Under the pieces are notes generated by a model, which was not told the origin of the DNA, did not search any database, and saw only the letters and a list, made by a program, of their open reading frames with translations. A stretch of 64,000 nt of DNA from Dehalococcoidia bacterium (lineage in GTDB: Bacteria; Chloroflexota; Dehalococcoidia; Lucifugimonadales; JAGWBF01): contig OZ240206.1 in NCBI GenBank assembly GCA_965197405.1, positions 1,408,179 through 1,472,178 of the forward strand, given 5' to 3'. Made by a program: the position numbers and the translations under genes. Shown piece after piece: positions 57,823-64,000 of this stretch; the first letter of the stretch is position 1; each line of letters opens with the position of its first letter.

Positions 57823-60077
57823 AAACAGCGCGACAGTATATGAAGGCGCGAGTGGCAGTCAAAGTGGACCGTCTCTGGAGGCCCGATGATTCCACGGCTT
57901 AGCATTGTCGCTAACTGGGTTCCACGGCCTCAATGCGGCCGAGGGATTTCAGCGCCCAACTAACTTGCGGGTAGCGCTGTTGCTCTGCTTCTTCAATCCG
58001 CCGCCGCCGCTCCTCTGCCAGATTCGAGGAACCCCCTTCATCTCGTCGGAGATTGGCCTCCCATGCGGGCAATATCTGACGCTGACTCTCGGTTCCGCTC
58101 TCCTGAATGCGGGCTAGTGTGGCTCGCGTAGCCTCGACCTTGTCCATGGCAGCGCGCTCTTTGTAATCGTAGAAACCCACAAGTCGCGAAATCTCGCGTT
58201 CGATGCGCCCTGCGGCCTCAGCCTCAGCCTCACTTTGTAGTGCTTGTTGCCTGGTACTGGCATAATTGCTGGCCTGAGGCTCGATTTGGTCTAGATTATC
58301 CGGAATCTGCTCCCAGCTGATGCTTTCTTCTTTGTCAAAGCGGAAGGCCCGTTGCACTAGCAATCGTCCCCTCTCCCGGCTCACTTCACCGGCATCGCTA
58401 ACGAATACTGCTTCCAAGTGTTCGGTGTCACGTATGCCGGAGGTGGTGAACTGGTACTGGAACAGCCATCCCTTCGTGGCCGGCAAATCTCCATCCGCAA
58501 CGAGCACCCGAGTGCCCGTGGCCCCTTCATATTCCTCGCCAAGCACTTGGTTGACGATGGTGTCGACGACTTTGTGGCCGAAGACCATAAACTCAACGTC
58601 CTCGGCATCCGCCCGTCGGTCCGGGCGTAGCACGGCTTTCATACGCGGCCCGCCGACAAAAAGCTGCCTTCGATAGTCCTCGAGAAAATCGCCGTGAAAG
58701 GTTAACTCGTAGGTATCGCCTGATTTTTTTATGTAGGTGTTCACGTCGGCGAGGAGTTGCCCGATGAATGCTTCGAAGTTGTCGTTGTCCACCGGCGAGG
58801 TTTGACCTGAAATACGCTCGGCAATCTCCCGCCGAAAAGACTTAGTGTCCATAATGAAGTCGCCCAGCAGTTCTCCAGCCTCTCTCGATGCGCGGACTTT
58901 CTCTTCGGTCTGACGGTCGAAATCGGCAAGGACCGCTTCCAGATTGTCCTTAGCGGCCCTCATTATTTTCTGAATGTCACTTTCTATGTTCTCTGCGTCT
59001 CCTAGGATAGGGTCGAGTCCTCCTACTGTCTCTTCGAACATTCTGATGCGGTTTTCCAGGATGTCCAACACCCGCTCTTCAATCGTGTCCTTCACCCATA
59101 GATTAAAAATGCTGATCGGCTGGGTCTGGCCTATGCGGTCAACCCGTCCGATGCGTTGCTCGACTTTCATCGGGTTCCAGGGCAGGTCGTAGTTGACCAG
59201 CAAGTGGCAGAACTGCAGATTTCGTCCCTCGCCGCCCGCTTCCGTGCAGATAAGCACTTGGGAACCCGAGTTTTTCTTGAACTGCTCTATGGCGCGGTCT
59301 TTCGCACCCGGGTTCATTGCCCCGTGGAACACATTGACGTCCCAGCCTCGTCCAGTGAACAGTTCTTCCAGATGGCGCTGAGTCTCGCGGAACTGGGTGA
59401 ACACAATCACCTTCTCATTCGGCTGCTCATGGAACAAGTCGTTCAGCCGATCTACAAGCACACGCGCCTTGGAGTCGGTTTCGCCGACGGCGTTCAGGGC
59501 TCCTATGGCATTGTCTAAGAATAGTAGTTCTTCCGCCGCTCTATCGGCGATAGTGGTGCCCATCTCCACAACATCGCTGGCATTCAAGTCGTCGTCCAGC
59601 ATCTCCTCCATGTCATCCTGAGATGCGTTACCGGCAGCCGATATGGCCTGGACTTTCTCCCTGCGCCTGCGAAGTGACTGTCGGATAGCAGCGATGCTGG
59701 AAGCCGCCAGTTTCTGGAATATGACCATTAGGAACCCGATAGCGTTGGCGTTGGTGTCCGAGGCAAACTGGTAACCGAAACGAACGTAGTCTTCGACTGC
59801 TTGGAGTGCAATGCGTTCCTCCGGCGACAAGTCGACCTCCCAGCGGAAGGCGGTGCGGGGCATAAAGCCGCCTACCAGCGCCTTTCGATTTCGTATTAGA
59901 ACTTCGCTGAGACGATGCTTGTCCGCCAGCATATCGGCAATTTCCTGCAATTCATCTTGACCGGCGGACAGGCGTCCGCACACTTCCCGGGCGTCCATCT
60001 CCAACCACGCGGCAACATGTCCTACGGTCTGAGCGGTTTCCTCTTCGTCCTGGCCAGGAATAGGAAACACACGGTGA

Positions 60078-61055
60078 CTAAGAGCCTATCCTAATAACCC
60101 GGCGGCTCTGAGAGCGATAAGGGCACAGGCGAAATGAAGAAAGGCTATGTAGTTGGTGGGAGACTTGTCCCAGCGGACCAAAATGCGCCGGAAGCGGTTC
60201 ATCCAGCTGTGGGTGCGTTCCACCACCCAGCGCCGGGCTTTGAAGCCGGCCTCTTTCTTGATGGCCTGAGCCTCTTCCCCACGGCTGCGTATGTGGGCCG
60301 TGAAGCCAAACTCGTCCACGGTCCGGCGCACCTCATCAAAGTCGTAGCCCTTGTCCAAGCACAGACCCTGGGGATGCTCCGGGCTGGGCGCGGGGCGTGG
60401 CACGGGGAGGCTGTCCACCGTGGCCCGCACCAGCTTCATATCGTGGCGGTTGGCCCCGTCCACTGCCAGCCCCACCGGAATGCCCCCGGCTTCGGTCAAG
60501 AGACTGCGTTTGACCCCGCTCTTACCCCGGTCCGTGGGGTTGGGACCGGTTTTTCCCCCCGCCCAAGGGGGATTTGGTCAAGGCCCCGTCCATGCTCAGC
60601 CAACTCCAGTCCAAACCCTTCAATTCGTCATAGCGTTCCAGCCCAGTCCGCCATAGCTCCAGGAACACCCCGGCGGCGGCCCATTCCTGAAAGCGCAGGT
60701 GGGCGGTGGAGCCGGAGCAAATGCCGGTGGCATCCAAGGACTTCCACTGGCAACCGGTGCGAAGCACGTAGAAGATACCGTTGGCGCAGGTCCGGTCCGG
60801 GACCCGGGGGCGGCCTCCGCCCAAGGGATGGGTATTCACCCGCTGGGGAAGGAGTGGAGCCAGTGCCTCCCACAGTTCGTCGGATACTTGGAAGGAGCCG
60901 GTGGTGGGGTTGGTCGGAGAGGCTGGGCCGGCGCGGGGTGGTCGAGGCGGCTTGGGTTCTTTCGCTTTCGTCATTCCCCAAGTTTAGCCGCTCCTCTGCC
61001 TCCTTCCTCATTCACTACTCAGCGGGTTTCACCGGTTTTTAGGATAGGCTCTAAG
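60078..61055 (-). mobile_element. IS5-family (IS427-like) element inserted in the SNF2 gene
   Basis: Terminal inverted repeats 'ctaagagcctatcctaa' and 'ttaggataggctctaag'. Direct CTAAG at both junctions. Confidence 0.85.
60086..60974 (-). CDS. IS5-family transposase, orfA (60522-60974) / orfB (60086-60499)
   Basis: 'DELWEALAPLLPQ...GIFYVLRTGCQWKSL' and 'AVDGANRHD...LCLDKGYD...RRWVVERTHSWM...RWDK'. Confidence 0.85.
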
Positions 61056-62313
61056 ACTCTCAACCAGCCGGGAAAGACCGGGCGTTGCCCTCCGGTGCTG
61101 CTCAAAATCCTCCTCCGACGGGAATAAGGTTGGGTCCAATATCTCCACCAGTGAGTACAGTTCATGCGTATTGAGCTGCATCGGCGTTGCAGTGAGAAAG
61201 AGCATCATGCGCTGTGGATGCTCCTCCGGCGCAAGGTCTCTGACCAGCCGGTACAACGCCGTAGTGGTACCGTCAGGGTAGCTACGCGCGTGATGGGCCT
61301 CGTCCAAGATAATCAAATCCCAGTAGGCTTCGGTGCACAAGTCCCTCCACTTTCGGTTGCTTGCCCACCTCGACGAGCACAGTAAACTGGGGTAATCCGG
61401 ATGGGCAAAAGGATTTCCATGATATCCGTTGGCTTGAAGACTGTTGACAGTGGCGGTGTTCAGCACCGCGAAAGGCTCATTGAACTTCGTCCTCATTTCG
61501 AACTGCCACTGGCGTACCAAGTTAGGTGGAACAATGGCCAGGACTCGTTGAGCGCCGCCTCTAGCTCGCAATTCCTTGAGCGCCATTCCGGCCTCAATAG
61601 TCTTTCCAAGGCCTACTTCGTCGCAAAGAAGAAAGCGGTGTGGATAGTTGGAAATCACCTTGTGAACCACTGACACCTGATGGGGCTGTATGTCTACCTG
61701 CGACTGCCCCAATGAGACAAGGTCGTCCTGCAAGTTTTGCATCCGGTATTGCTGAGCGACCTGACGGAGCAAATACCGTTTCGTGGAACCGATTTCGGCA
61801 GCGCGGAATCGTTCCAGTGGGTCTGTCATGGCCATTGGACGCAAGTCCGCTTCGGGCACGTTGGCAGTACTCGCCGTTCCTGTGGAGGAGAAGATTTGAC
61901 ATCGCCAAGTGGGCGTTGCCGAGGCCACCGGGCTCAACACGGCGACATTTTGCCCAGTGGACTTCCGCTGAACGGGCCTGCCAATAAAGTCAACCCTTGA
62001 TAGTGGAGGGTCCGAGGCCGAGAAGTCAGGAGGGTGGTCTGCGTCATCCCAGTGCACGTGAATCATCTGCCCGTCGTTGGCGGCGATTACCCCGTATGCT
62101 TTTACGTGATCCCATTGAACGAGAGCACCAGGAACTAAGGACTGCTGCTGGTCGGATGCCAAGACGTTATCCCTCCATAGCTTTGTCTGATCCCACACTA
62201 ATATATGCGGTGTTAATTCAGTCTGTCAACGACGCCGTAGCCTGGCTGCATTATATCCGGTATTTCCCATATTGGCAGTCTTCAGGCTCAAAGGGCAGTC
62301 CAAACGAGATGCT

Positions 62314-63201
62314 AGGGCGTGTTTGCAAACCCAAGCAGTGGGGATAAAATGAGTTGGATAAGTAGATAAGGAGGTGAGGGGTGTGGGACAAGGGGACTTG
62401 ACCGACCAGCAGTGGCGGCGAATAGAGCCTTTATTGCCAGCGCAGAAACCAAGGACTGGACGACATGGGAAGGACCATCGCACGATCATCAATGGCATCT
62501 TGTGGGTGTTGCGCACCGGCGCTCCCTGGCGGGACCTGCCCGAGGGATATGGCCCCTGGCCTACGGCAGCCGGTCGTTTCTACCGTTGGAGAGAGCAAGG
62601 TTTGTGGCAATGTCTCCTAGCTGGGCTTCAAGAGGAGGCTGATAGTATTGGGGAGTTGGAGTGGGAAGTCCACTATGGCGATGGGACCATCATCCGAGCC
62701 CATCAACACGCCGCTGGCGCAAAAAAGGGGGAGGAGACCAGGCATTAGGCCGCTCCCAAGGGGGCTTTGGAACCAAGGTTCACCTACGGGTAGAAGGTTC
62801 TGGTAAGCCTATGGCCTTCGTGCTGCCCCCCGGACAGCAGCATGAGGCCAGCGTGTTCGAGGAATTGATGACCCTTGGAGCAGTGAAAAGACCAGGGAGT
62901 GGCCATCCCCGGGTAAGACCCCAGCGGGTCTGTGGTGACAAGGGGTACAGCAGCCGGAAGATTCGCACATACCTTCGTCGGCGGGGGACCAGTTACACCA
63001 TACCCAGAAAGAGGAATGAAAGGCGCACTGGACCTTTCGACAAAGCCCGGTATCGTCTTCGTAATCTGGTAGAGCGGGCCATCAACCGGCTGAAGCAGTT
63101 CCGGAGGACCGCCGCCAGATACGAAAAGAGGGCTGACAACTATCTGGCGATGCTACAAATCGGGTCAATTCTACTTTGGTTATAGTTTGCAAACACACCC
63201 T
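62314..63201 (+). mobile_element. IS5-family (IS427-like) element
   Basis: Terminal inverted repeats 'agggcgtgtttgcaaac' and 'gtttgcaaacacaccct'. Confidence 0.8.
62374..63185 (+). CDS. IS5-family transposase, orfA (62374-62748) / orfB (62661-63185), frameshift near an A-run
   Basis: 'LTDQQWRRIEPLLPAQ...INGILWVLRTGAPWRDLP' and 'GFGTKVHLRVEGSGKPMAFVLPPGQQHE...GDKGYSS...LRNLVERAINRLKQFRRTAARYEK'. Confidence 0.85.
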
Positions 63202-63218
63202 AGGCCTACACCGCCAGC

Positions 63219-63710
63219 GTGAACCTGAGCACGAAGGTTCTCGATTTTGCCAGTTTGGTGGACCCTGCGGCCTGCCGACGGAACAACGCCCACGTCATCT
63301 CGGAGCAGGGGAAGCCGCCGCCGGACTTCGTGCTGGAAATAGCCTCTCTGCCCACCGGGCGCATAGACGTGATGGAGAAGCGTCGGGATTACGCCGCTCT
63401 GGGCTTGGGGAATACTGACAGTTCGACGAGACGGACCGGTAACGGGAAGCGGCTGGCCAGGGAGTGGCTGATGGAGGGCGAGTACGTCGCCGTAGACATC
63501 GAGAAACTCCCCGACGAGAACTTGCAGGGATACAGCCCAGTGCTGAACCTGCACATCCGTTGGGAGGGTGGCGAGTTGCACTTCCACGAACCAGCCATGG
63601 GCTGCCGCATAGCCACCTTTATCTATGCCGCGGTAGACGTCTCACCCCCGCATCTTCCCAAGTGCTGCCACCACGAAGTCCGGTTCAGAGGCACCCTCGC
63701 CCACCTATAG
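63219..63710 (+). pseudogene. Uma2-family (DUF820) endonuclease remnant, N-terminally truncated and locally out of frame
   Basis: 'PPDFVLEIAS' and 'LQGYSPVLNLHIRWEGGELHFHEPAMGCRIATF' are typical Uma2 segments. The expected 'EYWQFDE' stretch is only readable in another frame and contains a TGA. Confidence 0.55.
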
Positions 63711-63761
63711 GCGATTCCATTCCCAGCATCACGGCCCCATCTACCTGGGGGGGAGCATCGC

Positions 63762-63989
63762 CTATTCGTCAGTTGCACGGGTTGGCACGGCGTGGATTCG
63801 ATGAATTAGCTTGTTGGCGGCGGTGCTGGCGGCGTTCAGATGCGCCAAGTGCGAGTTCTGCTCCTCACGCAACCGGTTGAGTTCGTCGCGCTGTTGGACA
63901 ATCTGTTCCAGCGGGTCATCCAACACTTCCCTCATAATCGTCTTCCACTGGATGGTGAACTTGTCCCTGATTTCAATACTGACGCTCAC
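63762..63989 (-). CDS. small hypothetical protein (75 aa)
   Basis: ORF only; helical and charged. No motif. Close to the window edge. Confidence 0.25.
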   Translation of the reverse strand: MSVSIEIRDKFTIQWKTIMREVLDDPLEQIVQQRDELNRLREEQNSHLAHLNAASTAANKLIHRIHAVPTRATDE

Positions 63990-64000
63990 GAATTGTGCGC

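Larger units (their letters stand above)
57911..62198 (-). pseudogene. RapA/HepA-like SNF2-family helicase split by an IS5-family insertion (N-part 61056-62198, C-part 57911-60077)
   Basis: N-part 'LLCDEVGLGKTIEAG' and 'LIILDEAHHAR'. C-part 'VIVFTQFRET...LICTEAGGEGRNLQFCHLLVNYDLPWNPMKVEQRIGRVDRIGQ'. Removing the IS and one flanking CTAAG copy joins '...LVESL' to 'SHRVFPIPGQ...' in frame. Confidence 0.85.

Overview
64-kb accessory region of a GC-rich bacterial genome, saturated with insertion sequences; the taxon cannot be assigned from sequence alone. All coordinates, repeat boundaries and GC statements were read by eye, and no database search was possible.

- **1-2898 (minus strand, visibly AT-richer):** a tightly coupled four-gene operon. 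It encodes a HEPN-like small protein, a ParA/MinD-like ATPase whose deviant Walker A reads KGGVGR, a small acidic protein, and a STAND/NACHT-like P-loop NTPase. The NTPase runs off the window and is missing from the supplied ORF track. This is my best candidate for an undescribed NTPase-based conflict system.
- **3.5-10.3 kb:** IS5-family and IS1182-like elements, plus remnants of a mobilisable element (HTH/excisionase-like and replication-relaxation-like genes).
- **10.9-17.9 kb:** a DUF4160/DUF2442 pair; an MmeI-like type IIG R-M gene carrying a frameshift, an in-frame TAG and an AT-rich patch; a membrane pentapeptide-repeat gene with an in-frame TAA; and a RadD-like SF2 helicase truncated by an IS.
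- **17.85-22.57 kb:** a nest of five IS copies.
- **22.7-44.6 kb:** intact amide/hydantoin-type catabolic genes (two amidases, hyuAB, an isochorismatase-like hydrolase, amidohydrolases, a PrpD-like protein, a VOC protein). Also a lipoprotein with about 12 ankyrin repeats, hicAB, tRNA-Gly(UCC), hppA and nudC, interspersed with MITE-like palindromic repeat families.
- **44.9-54.65 kb:** a ten-gene type I R-M operon (HTH, hsdM, brnTA, two unknown genes, frameshifted hsdS, a DUF433/PIN-like pair, hsdR). The two unknown genes are a second candidate novel module.
- **54.67-64 kb:** more IS copies, an SNF2 helicase split by an IS, and a Uma2 remnant.

In total the window holds 11 IS copies or remnants.
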